Assembly (NCBI GenBank): GCA_963678315.1
Contig: OY782781.1
Location: 1,280,001-1,344,000, forward strand
Source: Candidatus Cloacimonadales bacterium
GTDB taxonomy: Bacteria > Cloacimonadota > Cloacimonadia > Cloacimonadales > JAFGVF01
DNA: 64,000 nucleotides
Direction: 5' to 3'
Positions 41,283 through 50,242 of this stretch are shown piece by piece. Made by a program: the position numbers and the translations under genes. A model generated the notes under the pieces. The model was not told the origin of the DNA. It saw nothing but the letters and a program-made list of their open reading frames with translations, and searched no databases. Each line of letters starts with the position of its first letter. The first letter of the stretch is position 1.

Positions 41283-41306
41283 AATTAGGTAAAGCAGTAC
41301 CAGAAT
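41283..41306 (+). promoter_or_regulatory. Second copy of the putative Rrf2 operator
   Basis: AATTAGGTAAAGCAGTACCAGAAT, 17/24 identical to 40827-40850; overlaps TATAAT at 41280-41285. Confidence 0.65.
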
Positions 41307-41328
41307 AATTTAATAAAGGTTTAATAAT

Positions 41329-41682
41329 ATGAAAATAGCAAATTACAGAGAAGAGAAAGCCGCAATGAATGTTCATAAGGTGGATGTAAAGAAAGTGTAT
41401 GATAGTAAGAACGCTCTCATGAACCATATAACCTTGCAAGCAGGTGAGAGTCTTATTCCTCATATCACACCAGTTGATGCAGTCTTCTATATTTTAGAAG
41501 GAAATCCTACAGTTATGATTGATAATAAAGATTATCTAGCTAAGCAAGACGATGTAATTGAGTCACCAAAGAATATCATACATTGCCTGTCTAATAAATC
41601 AGATAAGCCAGCAAGAATTTTAGTTACTAAACTTCCTAAACCAACAACAAAAACAATATTCCCAAGCATTACAGACAAATAA
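41329..41682 (+). CDS. Cupin domain protein
   Basis: ITLQAGESLIPHITPVDAVFYILEG...PKNIIHCLSN. Confidence 0.85.
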   Translation: MKIANYREEKAAMNVHKVDVKKVYDSKNALMNHITLQAGESLIPHITPVDAVFYILEGNPTVMIDNKDYLAKQDDVIESPKNIIHCLSNKSDKPARILVTKLPKPTTKTIFPSITDK

Positions 41683-41691
41683 GAGGTATAG

Positions 41692-42924
41692 ATGAAATAT
41701 TTCGAAAGTAGTGATACATTGAAAGCTATAGTTGATAAATATCCGGAGACTATCCCTGTTTTTACTTCAAACGGATTTTCTCAAATGGGAGATGCTGAAA
41801 AGCGAGATAAGTTTGCAAGCTCAATTAGTTTGAAGATGGCTTTAACTTTGAAACAACTTAATTATGATACTTTTGAAAGACTACTAGTTGAAGCAATAGA
41901 AAGTAATAATTCTACTGTTGATGCTACTATTGCAACAAGTTCTAAGAAAAGAAACAAGCAAAGTTTATCAATTATGGGAGCCTTACCTTGTCCGGTTAGA
42001 ATTCCACTACTTGAGAAAATGATTACTTTTACCGAAGACTTTGAAGCAAGCAGTTCTTATGTATTAAATACGGAGTTAAAAGCAGCCTCTATGGGAGTTG
42101 ATTGGATTGAAGAAAACATAAAAGGAATTAGTGACCCTGAAAAGTTACCAGACTTGTTTATATCTGCTGGTTTCGATATGTTCTTCGATAAAGATAAGTT
42201 TGGTAAATTTAAAGCTATGGGCGTTTTTGAAGATTTCTCAGGATTAGACACTTATAATGAATCCTTTGCTGACATAGAATTAAAAGATCCACGAGGTCAT
42301 TTATCAATGATAGGGGTTGTACCAGCTGTCTTTCTCATAAACACTAAAGAGTTAGGGGATTTGCCAATGCCTACAAAGTGGAGTGATTTAATGAAAGCAG
42401 AATTTGAGAACAGAGTTTCACTACCAGTAGGCGACTTTGATTTATTTAATGGCATACTTCTTAACTTCTATAAGAATTATGGTGATGAAGGTGTTAGGAA
42501 GTTAGGAAGAAGTCTATTAGAGTCTATGCACCCATCTCAAATGGTTAGAAGTGATAGAAAGAGCACTAACCGTCCAATCATCACAATAATGCCATATTTC
42601 TTTACTAAGATGACTAAGCATGGTGGACCTATGCAGGCTATCTGGCCAGAAGATGGTGCTATTATTAGTCCAATCTTTTTATTATCAAAAAAGAGTAAGC
42701 AAAACGCATTACAAGAAGTAGTTAATTTCTTTGCATCCGAGGAAGTTGGCAAGGTTCTATCCCATAATGGATTATTCCCAACAACTAACCCTAATGTCGA
42801 TAATAGATTAGCAAAAGATAACAAGTTTATGTGGTTAGGCTGGGATTATATCTATAGCCATGATTTAACCGAGACAATTCACCATTGTGAAGAACTTTTC
42901 AACAATTCATTGAAAGGAGAATAG
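41692..42924 (+). CDS. Cytoplasmic substrate-binding-protein-like protein (Fe3+/polyamine SBP fold) with N-terminal DUF1858-like domain
   Basis: No signal peptide or lipobox. TLKAIVDKYPETIPVF..NGF N-domain; LPCPVRIP; LPMPTKWSDL, WPEDGAIISP SBP features. Confidence 0.7.
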   Translation: MKYFESSDTLKAIVDKYPETIPVFTSNGFSQMGDAEKRDKFASSISLKMALTLKQLNYDTFERLLVEAIESNNSTVDATIATSSKKRNKQSLSIMGALPCPVRIPLLEKMITFTEDFEASSSYVLNTELKAASMGVDWIEENIKGISDPEKLPDLFISAGFDMFFDKDKFGKFKAMGVFEDFSGLDTYNESFADIELKDPRGHLSMIGVVPAVFLINTKELGDLPMPTKWSDLMKAEFENRVSLPVGDFDLFNGILLNFYKNYGDEGVRKLGRSLLESMHPSQMVRSDRKSTNRPIITIMPYFFTKMTKHGGPMQAIWPEDGAIISPIFLLSKKSKQNALQEVVNFFASEEVGKVLSHNGLFPTTNPNVDNRLAKDNKFMWLGWDYIYSHDLTETIHHCEELFNNSLKGE

Positions 42925-42925
42925 C

Positions 42926-43618
42926 ATGAATCTAGTAACAGTCTCAGGTCCTCCATCATCAGGTAAAACTTCTGTGATTTTGAAGACTATAGAGTCTTTG
43001 AAGAAGCGTGGTTTAAAGGTTGCAGTAGCTAAGTTTGATTGTTTGTATACAGATGATGATATTTTATATAAGAATGCAGGAATACCAGTTAAGAAAGGTC
43101 TTTCAGGTGCTTTATGTCCTGACCATTATTTTGTAAGTAATGTTGAAGAGATAACCAATTGGGGCTTAGATAATAACTTTGATGTGCTAATCAGTGAATC
43201 TGCAGGTTTGTGTAACAGGTGTTCTCCATATATTAAAGGGATTAAAGCAATCTGTGTGATTGATAATCTTAGTGGTATTAATACTCCTAAGAAAATAGGG
43301 CCAATGCTTAAATCAGCGGATATAGTGGTTATTACTAAAGGAGATATTGTATCTCAAGCTGAAAGAGAAGTATTCGCTTCAAGAGTGAATACAGTTAATC
43401 CCAAAGCGACAATCATGAATATTAATGGTTTAACCGGTCAAGGGTCATTTGAGCTTTCTACTCTAATCTATGATGAGAAAGATAATATCAATAGCTTAAA
43501 AGGTAAGGAACTTAGATTCCCTATGCCATCAGCTCTTTGTTCTTACTGTCTAGGTGAAACTAGAATAGGGGAGTCTTATCAAATGGGTAATGTTCGTAAG
43601 ATGGATATGGATAAATAG
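42926..43618 (+). CDS. HypB/UreG/CobW-type (G3E) GTPase, Cys-rich
   Basis: GPPSSGKT (G1), ALCPDH, ESAGLCNRC (G3), TKGD (G4), INGLTGQG, C-terminal LCSYC. Confidence 0.8.
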   Translation: MNLVTVSGPPSSGKTSVILKTIESLKKRGLKVAVAKFDCLYTDDDILYKNAGIPVKKGLSGALCPDHYFVSNVEEITNWGLDNNFDVLISESAGLCNRCSPYIKGIKAICVIDNLSGINTPKKIGPMLKSADIVVITKGDIVSQAEREVFASRVNTVNPKATIMNINGLTGQGSFELSTLIYDEKDNINSLKGKELRFPMPSALCSYCLGETRIGESYQMGNVRKMDMDK

Positions 43619-43626
43619 GGGTAGCT

Positions 43627-44634
43627 ATGATTATAACAAGAGATAATATTAAAGAACAATACATATCTGATTTACTACATGAATATCCTTTCCTAGAAAG
43701 CTATTTTGCAGATAATAACTTTGATTACAAGACAAGAAAAAACATAACTTTAGAAGCTTATTTTGCTGCTATTGATGAGATAGAGAAAGAAGATATGGCT
43801 ATTGATGATGAGCTGTTTTATAGTCAACTTGTTGAATATATTCAACAAATGCAAGCTTTCTTGGGCAAAGAAGAAGAGCTTGTAGAGATAGTGACAATTC
43901 TTCCAGGAACTAATAAATTCAAAGAAGCTGAGAATTTTGACAAGTTAGAGATTAAGAAGGGTGAAATAGTTTCAATTGTTGGTCCTACAGGTTCAGGAAA
44001 AAGCAGACTTCTTGCCGATATAGAATGGGTAGCTCAAGCTGATACTCCTACTTCTAGGACAATTTTAGTCAATAATGAAAAACCAGATGTTAAATGGAGA
44101 TTCTCAACCTCCGATAAGCTAGTAGCACAACTTTCTCAAAACATGAACTTCGTAATGGACTTAACAGTACATCAATTTGTTGAGTTGCATGCAGAGAGTA
44201 GGTTAGTTGAAAATCAAGAGCAGGTCATTGATAAAATCATTAGTAAGGCTAATGATTTGGCTGGCGAGAAATTCTCACCTGAAACACCAATCACAAGTTT
44301 GAGTGGTGGACAATCAAGAGCTCTCATGATTGCTGACACAGCTATTCTTAGTAAATCACCGATTATTCTTATAGATGAAATAGAGAATGCAGGCATTGAT
44401 AGAAAGCGTGCATTAAACCTTCTTTTATCAGAAGATAAGATAGTCTTAATAGCAACACATGACCCAATTCTAGCTCTACTAGCCGATAAAAGAATAGTCA
44501 TTAAGAATGGTGGAATAGATAAAGTTATTGAGACTACAGAAGAAGAAAGAAAGATTCTGTCTACACTAGAAGAATTAGATAAAACAATCCTGTCTTATAG
44601 AACAAAGCTCAGGCATGGGCAAATCCTAAAGTAA
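43627..44634 (+). CDS. Soluble ABC-family ATPase with N-terminal extension
   Basis: GPTGSGKS, LSGGQ, ILIDE, ATHD; about 90-aa N-domain (ISDLLHEYPFLESYF); no TM segments. Confidence 0.85.
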   Translation: MIITRDNIKEQYISDLLHEYPFLESYFADNNFDYKTRKNITLEAYFAAIDEIEKEDMAIDDELFYSQLVEYIQQMQAFLGKEEELVEIVTILPGTNKFKEAENFDKLEIKKGEIVSIVGPTGSGKSRLLADIEWVAQADTPTSRTILVNNEKPDVKWRFSTSDKLVAQLSQNMNFVMDLTVHQFVELHAESRLVENQEQVIDKIISKANDLAGEKFSPETPITSLSGGQSRALMIADTAILSKSPIILIDEIENAGIDRKRALNLLLSEDKIVLIATHDPILALLADKRIVIKNGGIDKVIETTEEERKILSTLEELDKTILSYRTKLRHGQILK

Positions 44635-44666
44635 TAAATTACAATTAAATAGAAAGGAGATATATT

Positions 44667-44909
44667 ATGCATGACGGTTGCAGTGGTTCCTTCCAAAATG
44701 GAATAGAAGTAGTAAACAAGGTAAGAACTATGGGTTTTTCAGAGCAATTCATGCCTGTCCCATTAAATATTAAATGTGATAACTGTGGAGACTCTTTTGA
44801 AATGGAGACTTTCGAAGCTAAATGTCCTAAGTGTGAAATGGTATATGCAGTAACTCCATGTCATGCATTCGATCCTGACAATGTGAAAGCAGCTGGAATT
44901 AACTATTAA
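44667..44909 (+). CDS. Small Cys/His-rich Zn-finger protein, HypA-like motifs
   Basis: AAGGAG RBS; MHDGC N-terminus; CDNC-x12-CPKC; TPCH. Confidence 0.75.
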   Translation: MHDGCSGSFQNGIEVVNKVRTMGFSEQFMPVPLNIKCDNCGDSFEMETFEAKCPKCEMVYAVTPCHAFDPDNVKAAGINY

Positions 44910-44954
44910 TTTAATCATAAAACAATTAACAATAAAAAAAGAACGGAGAAAAAG

Positions 44955-46556
44955 ATGAGTATGTTTTGTTATCAATGCCAAGAAACACTTGGTAATCAAG
45001 CTTGTAAATTTAACGCTGGCGCATGTGGAAAAACTGCTAAAACTGCTAACTTACAAGATGCATTAATTTATGCAATTAAAGGTTTAGCTTTAGCTTCTGA
45101 AAGTAATTATAAGAGAGAAAATGGACTTTTTATTGCTCAATGTCTTTTCGCTACTATTACAAACGCAAACTTCGATGATGAAAGAATTATTGCTCTAGCT
45201 AAAGAAGCAATACAACGCAGAGATGCTTTAAATTACAATTGTGATTGTGATTTAATTACTTGGAATGCATCTTCAGAAGAAGAATTCCTTGCAAAAGGTC
45301 AAGGTCATGGTGTTCTTGAAACAGAAAATGAAGATGTTCGTTCACTAAGAGAACTTCTTGTTTATGGTTTAAAAGGTATTGCAGCTTATGCCGATCATGC
45401 AGCTGTTCTAGGCAAAGAAGACGATACTGTCTACAAGTTCTTAATGGAAGCTTTAGCTTCAACAACCAAAGACTTATCTGTTGACGATATGATTGCAATG
45501 GTTCTTAAAGCAGGTAAATATGCAGTTACAACAATGGCACTTCTTGATGATGCAAACACTTCAACTTATGGTAATCCTGAAATTACAGAAGTAAACATTG
45601 GTGTTGGCGACAAACCTGGTATTCTCATTTCAGGTCATGACTTAAAAGATATGGAACAACTTCTTAAACAAACTGAAGGAACTGGTGTAGAAGTATATAC
45701 ACATTCAGAAATGCTTCCAGCAAACTACTATCCTGCTTTTAAAAAATACTCACATTTCCATGGTAACTATGGTAATGCTTGGTGGAAACAAGCTGAAGAG
45801 TTCACAACATTTAATGGTCCTATCTTAATGACTACAAATTGTATTACTCCAGTAAAAGAAGCTTACTCAGATAGAATTTTCACAACAGGTATGGCTGGAT
45901 ATCCTAATGTTCCACACATTGAAGAAATTGACGGTAAGAAAGATTTCTCTAAATTAATTGAGATTGCTAAGAATTGTCCAGCTCCTACAGAAATTGAAAC
46001 TGGAACTATTGTTGGTGGTTTTGCACATAGCCAAGTTATGGCATTAGCTGATAAGGTTGTTGATGCTGTTAAATCTGGTGCAATTAAGAGATTTGTTGTT
46101 ATGGCTGGTTGTGATGGCCGTCATAAAACAAGAGGTTACTTTACTGAAGTAGCAGAAGAACTTCCAAAAGATACTGTAATATTAACTGCTGGTTGTGCTA
46201 AATATCGCTACAACAAACTTAACTTAGGTGATATTGGTGGAATTCCAAGAGTTCTTGACGCTGGTCAATGTAATGATTCTTATTCATTAGCAGTGATTGC
46301 ACTAAAACTAAAAGAAGTATTTGAACTTAATGATATCAACGAATTACCAATATCATTTGATATTGCTTGGTATGAACAAAAAGCTGTTGCTGTTCTCCTC
46401 GCTCTTCTATTCTTAGGAGTTAAAGGAATCCGCTTAGGACCTACATTACCTGCTTTCTTATCACCAACAGTTGTTAATGTGCTTGTGGAAAACTTTGATA
46501 TTAAACCTACTGGAGATGTTAAGGCTGATATCGAAGCAATGATGGCTGGTAAATAA
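44955..46556 (+). CDS. hcp: Hybrid cluster protein (hydroxylamine/NO reductase, prismane)
   Basis: [62 protein letters not shown]. Confidence 0.97.
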   Translation: MSMFCYQCQETLGNQACKFNAGACGKTAKTANLQDALIYAIKGLALASESNYKRENGLFIAQCLFATITNANFDDERIIALAKEAIQRRDALNYNCDCDLITWNASSEEEFLAKGQGHGVLETENEDVRSLRELLVYGLKGIAAYADHAAVLGKEDDTVYKFLMEALASTTKDLSVDDMIAMVLKAGKYAVTTMALLDDANTSTYGNPEITEVNIGVGDKPGILISGHDLKDMEQLLKQTEGTGVEVYTHSEMLPANYYPAFKKYSHFHGNYGNAWWKQAEEFTTFNGPILMTTNCITPVKEAYSDRIFTTGMAGYPNVPHIEEIDGKKDFSKLIEIAKNCPAPTEIETGTIVGGFAHSQVMALADKVVDAVKSGAIKRFVVMAGCDGRHKTRGYFTEVAEELPKDTVILTAGCAKYRYNKLNLGDIGGIPRVLDAGQCNDSYSLAVIALKLKEVFELNDINELPISFDIAWYEQKAVAVLLALLFLGVKGIRLGPTLPAFLSPTVVNVLVENFDIKPTGDVKADIEAMMAGK

Positions 46557-46584
46557 TAATTTATATAAATTAATTTAATACTTG

Positions 46585-46613
46585 AGAGACACCTAATTTC
46601 TGGTGTCTCTTTT
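46585..46613 (+). terminator. Rho-independent terminator after hcp
   Basis: AGAGACACC-8nt-GGTGTCTCT then TTT. Confidence 0.75.
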
Positions 46614-46632
46614 ATATGAAATATTAGATAAA

Positions 46633-46684
46633 TATTACTAGCCTCCTGCATTAAAGTGCAATTTAATGCAGCAGACTAGTAATA
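46633..46684. repeat. 52-bp imperfect palindrome between convergent genes
   Basis: TATTACTAG..CTGCATTAAA-gtgcaa-TTTAATGCAG..CTAGTAATA. Confidence 0.6.
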
Positions 46685-46726
46685 ATGTATAATTCAAGTA
46701 AGAACAATTCAAAGTATCACAGTGAA

Positions 46727-47344
46727 TCAATTATTATGTTGATTTTCTTCTTCTTCATTAGAACTGGTTAAATATTCAATCCAATCTGTAGATATTCCAA
46801 AAAAGAGAGTATTGTTTCCAGTTTGAATACCATCATCTTTACACCAAGTTTGTTGATAAAGTGCATCAATTGCAAAGTGTTTAAGCTCAAGTTTTGTTCC
46901 CATAGACCAACTATAAGATAGAGCTGAATCAAGATTTTCTTCCGGTACTTGATCTGCACTTAGTCCAGATGAGAAGTTAGTAGCAATTGTACCCAATCCA
47001 AGTCCTCCAAAGAAATAGATACCCATCTCTTTAGTAAAAGAGTAGTAGTAATGTGGCGTATATTGAACTCCAAGAGTAGTCTGGGTAATCTTGTAATTAG
47101 TGTTATCTGCTTCTACGTATGTATCATCAGTAATACCACCAGCATTTAAACTCAACCCTAACCAATGATTTTCTTTAAAAAGAAAGTGCAATCTTATGTT
47201 AGCGTTGTCAGCATTTCCAAACCTAGTCTGCATTTTCTCATTATCAAAATTGGCTTTGCCATAGTATAATCCCATAAAAGCGAAAGTTGCATGTAGACTA
47301 ATGTTTATAATAATCAATATTAGAACTAAAAAAATTTTCTTCAT
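46727..47344 (-). CDS. Small outer-membrane beta-barrel-like protein
   Basis: Signal peptide; alternating strands (IYFFGGLGLG, YSWSMGTKL, LFFGIS). Confidence 0.55.
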   Translation of the reverse strand: MKKIFLVLILIIINISLHATFAFMGLYYGKANFDNEKMQTRFGNADNANIRLHFLFKENHWLGLSLNAGGITDDTYVEADNTNYKITQTTLGVQYTPHYYYSFTKEMGIYFFGGLGLGTIATNFSSGLSADQVPEENLDSALSYSWSMGTKLELKHFAIDALYQQTWCKDDGIQTGNNTLFFGISTDWIEYLTSSNEEEENQHNN

Positions 47345-47382
47345 ATATTTAAATCCTTTATTTTAGTTTATCTGTTATTTCT

Positions 47383-48777
47383 TTATTGGAAAAGAGATTT
47401 GTCAATATAGAAATAATAATGTCCCTTTTTTTGGGGAATGTCTTCATTTTCAATAAGAAAAGACTTACTCCAGCTAGCAACAATCTCATCTAAATAGCAA
47501 TCTTTAATCTTGATTTCTTCTGCGATTGCTTTAAGTTTGAATCGTTGATTATCTCCCACATTAAGCCAAACAAAATCATTTATTTGTGTGAGGGTATCAT
47601 CAAAAGAAATCTTATAGTAATTCTTACTATGCGAAATTTTGTAAGTTGAATCAGAAACTACTTCTTGGAATTTAGTTTCAGGACAATTGAAGATTATTGT
47701 CTTAACAATATTCTTTGTAGAATATTCTATGATAGCATCTTTTGTTATCCAAGTAAGTTCTGAAATTGCTGGGATATTAGCAGAAGAATTACTATATTTC
47801 TTGTATAATTCAAGATATTCCTCAGAAGTATAATGCTGGAGCATCATTCTAGTAAGAAGTCCTGAAACAGGGTAAGAAAGGGAAGGGTGGTTCATATTGA
47901 AGCCTTCTACAGACATTAACTCATTATAATTGATAAAGTCACTGTCTACAAGGAAGTTACCAGATTCAAGAACTGCTGATGTTAACATACCTCCTCTTCC
48001 TCCAATAGCTACAGCTAAGCCTTCTTGCAGGAAAGGGTGGGTATAAAGTTGATTTTCGCTAAGGTAGTAATTTATAAGAAAATGAACAACTTCATGAAAG
48101 TGAGCAGGGAAAGTTGATATTACTCTATCTTGATTAAGTAGCAATATCCCACGAGTTTCATAACCAGTTAACTTCTCTATAGTCGCTTGATCTGGACAAT
48201 AATAGTAGTCAAGCTTGTTAGATTCTAGTCTTTTCATAATATTATTATGGTCAGGGAAATATTCGAAGAAAGACTCTATTCTTTCATTGAGTTCAGCAAT
48301 AGCTTCATTATGAAGGATAATTCCTTGAGGGTAATGATAGTTCACATATTTAGAATCTTTACTTTGCCAATCTAAGGTATGATAGTCAGATCTTGAAATT
48401 ACTCTTCTATCTTTAGAATAGAAGTCATAGCTTATAATATTATCGTATTGCAAATAGCTTCTACAATAACCATCGGGCAAGACTTGACTACGAACAACTA
48501 ATTTGCTTCTATTTGGTGAATGATATATTTGCTTGAAGCGGCAATCTCTGTTACCTATTAAGAATTTATCGTAATCTAGATTATAATTAATATTGTGATT
48601 GCTAGAAGTAGAAATACTTTCTTCAGAGAGATACTTAACTATTTCTTTCTCATTAAGCATAAGCTCTAAGGAAATATTAACTTCGTCATTAGTTCTTGAA
48701 GCACAACAAATAGTTAACTTAGCAATAAAAAGTAAAACTAATAATTTACTTGTAGCAGACATATTTCTCCTAGACAT
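47383..48777 (-). CDS. Exported protein with gluzincin-type metallopeptidase motif
   Basis: Signal/lipoprotein-like N-terminus; HEVVH followed by FLQEGLAVA. Confidence 0.55.
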   Translation of the reverse strand: MSRRNMSATSKLLVLLFIAKLTICCASRTNDEVNISLELMLNEKEIVKYLSEESISTSSNHNINYNLDYDKFLIGNRDCRFKQIYHSPNRSKLVVRSQVLPDGYCRSYLQYDNIISYDFYSKDRRVISRSDYHTLDWQSKDSKYVNYHYPQGIILHNEAIAELNERIESFFEYFPDHNNIMKRLESNKLDYYYCPDQATIEKLTGYETRGILLLNQDRVISTFPAHFHEVVHFLINYYLSENQLYTHPFLQEGLAVAIGGRGGMLTSAVLESGNFLVDSDFINYNELMSVEGFNMNHPSLSYPVSGLLTRMMLQHYTSEEYLELYKKYSNSSANIPAISELTWITKDAIIEYSTKNIVKTIIFNCPETKFQEVVSDSTYKISHSKNYYKISFDDTLTQINDFVWLNVGDNQRFKLKAIAEEIKIKDCYLDEIVASWSKSFLIENEDIPQKKGHYYFYIDKSLFQ

Positions 48778-49036
48778 TTATTATTTAATTTGGTAATTGT
48801 CATTAGTATAAATTTAACTACTTACCTGATTTAATCATAATTTAAGTATCTTGTTAATAGTTGTCAATTCAATTCTGTTAATATCAAAAACTTAGTACTT
48901 TAAATAATTAGTAAACTATTTAGACTTTTGAATTTTATTAAATTGACACTTATTACCATAAAATATTACTAGGAATTAGCTAACTCACTATTTTCAATTA
49001 TGAAAATGGATAACATATATATAATTAGGAGAACTA

Positions 49037-50140
49037 ATGAAATTCAGATTACCAGAACTTAAAATAGGTAATTTAATAGCAAAACTGCCCATTGTTCAAG
49101 GTGGTATGGGAGTAGGTATATCACTATCAAACCTTGCTTCTGCAGTAGCCAACGAAGGTGGAATAGGGGTATTATCAGCTGTAGGGCTTGGAGCATTGCA
49201 TCACAATCATAGTAAAGAATCAGATGTAAAAGCTTTAAGAGAAGAGATTCAATTAACTAGGAAGAAAACAAAAGGCCTCGTAGGCCTAAATGTAATGGTT
49301 GCACTATCTAACTTTGATGAATTAGTTACTGCAGCAATTCATGAAAAAATAGATGTATTATTCTTTGGAGCAGGACTTCCTCTTAAGATGCCAAAAATAG
49401 TAACACCTGATTTCTTAGAGAATACAAAAACTAAGTTTGCTGTAATTGTATCTTCTGCAAGGTCTGTAAATGTAATTTTTAAAACATGGGCTAAGAAGTT
49501 TTCACATGTTCCAGACGCTGTAGTGGTTGAAGGACCTAAGGCTGGTGGACATTTAGGCTTTAAATATGAGCAGATAGAAGACGAAAACTATCAACTAGAA
49601 GCTCTGATTCCTGAAGTAAAAGAAGCTATTAAACCATTTGCTGAAAAGTTCAACAAAAGCATTCCTCTCATCGCTGGTGGAGGCGTTTATAGTGGTCAAG
49701 ATATCCATAACTTATTAAAGCTGGGTGCTGATGCTGTTCAAATGGGAACAAGGTTTGTTGTGACTGAAGAGTGCGATGCTTCTGACGAATTCAAACAAGC
49801 ATATATAAACTGCAATGAAGCAGATATTACTCTGATTAAAAGTCCGGTTGGGCTACCTGGTAGGGCTATAAAAACAGAATTTCTTGAATCTGTTGAAAAA
49901 GGGGATAAAATACCAATTAAATGTCCTTGGAAGTGCCTTAAAACTTGTGATTATCAGAAAGCTCCTTATTGTATTGCTATTGCACTACTAAATGCTAAGC
50001 TAGGTAACCTTAAGAATGGTTTCGCTTTTGCAGGTGCTAATGCTTATTTGTGTGATAAAATAGTAACAGTTAAACAACTTGTTGATAGCCTAAAAGAAGA
50101 ATATGATTTAGCATGTCAGCAAGAGCTAGTAACGACATAA
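49037..50140 (+). CDS. Nitronate monooxygenase/FabK-family flavoprotein, FabX/UfaA-like with C-terminal Cys cluster
   Basis: PIVQGGMGVG, VVEGPKAGGHLG, VQMGTRF, SPVGLPGRA, CPWKCLKTC..APYCI. Confidence 0.8.
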   Translation: MKFRLPELKIGNLIAKLPIVQGGMGVGISLSNLASAVANEGGIGVLSAVGLGALHHNHSKESDVKALREEIQLTRKKTKGLVGLNVMVALSNFDELVTAAIHEKIDVLFFGAGLPLKMPKIVTPDFLENTKTKFAVIVSSARSVNVIFKTWAKKFSHVPDAVVVEGPKAGGHLGFKYEQIEDENYQLEALIPEVKEAIKPFAEKFNKSIPLIAGGGVYSGQDIHNLLKLGADAVQMGTRFVVTEECDASDEFKQAYINCNEADITLIKSPVGLPGRAIKTEFLESVEKGDKIPIKCPWKCLKTCDYQKAPYCIAIALLNAKLGNLKNGFAFAGANAYLCDKIVTVKQLVDSLKEEYDLACQQELVTT

Positions 50141-50192
50141 AATAACACTTATTGTGTTTATTAATTTAGAAAAAAACAAAACTTAAATAAAA

Positions 50193-50219
50193 AAAAGGAC
50201 TTCGTTTTGAAGTCCTTTT
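50193..50219. terminator. Bidirectional terminator between convergent genes
   Basis: AAAAGGACTTC-gtttt-GAAGTCCTTTT. Confidence 0.8.
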
Positions 50220-50242
50220 AATATATCTAGGCTAAGTATCAA

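Noticed and set aside
41692..44634. Conventional ABC iron/polyamine importer
   Set aside because: No permease gene and no export signal on the SBP-like protein.
44955..45026. Hcp N-terminal Cys spacing C-x2-C-x8-C-x6-C as a new class
   Set aside because: Only one residue off the usual class I spacing; not meaningful without an alignment.
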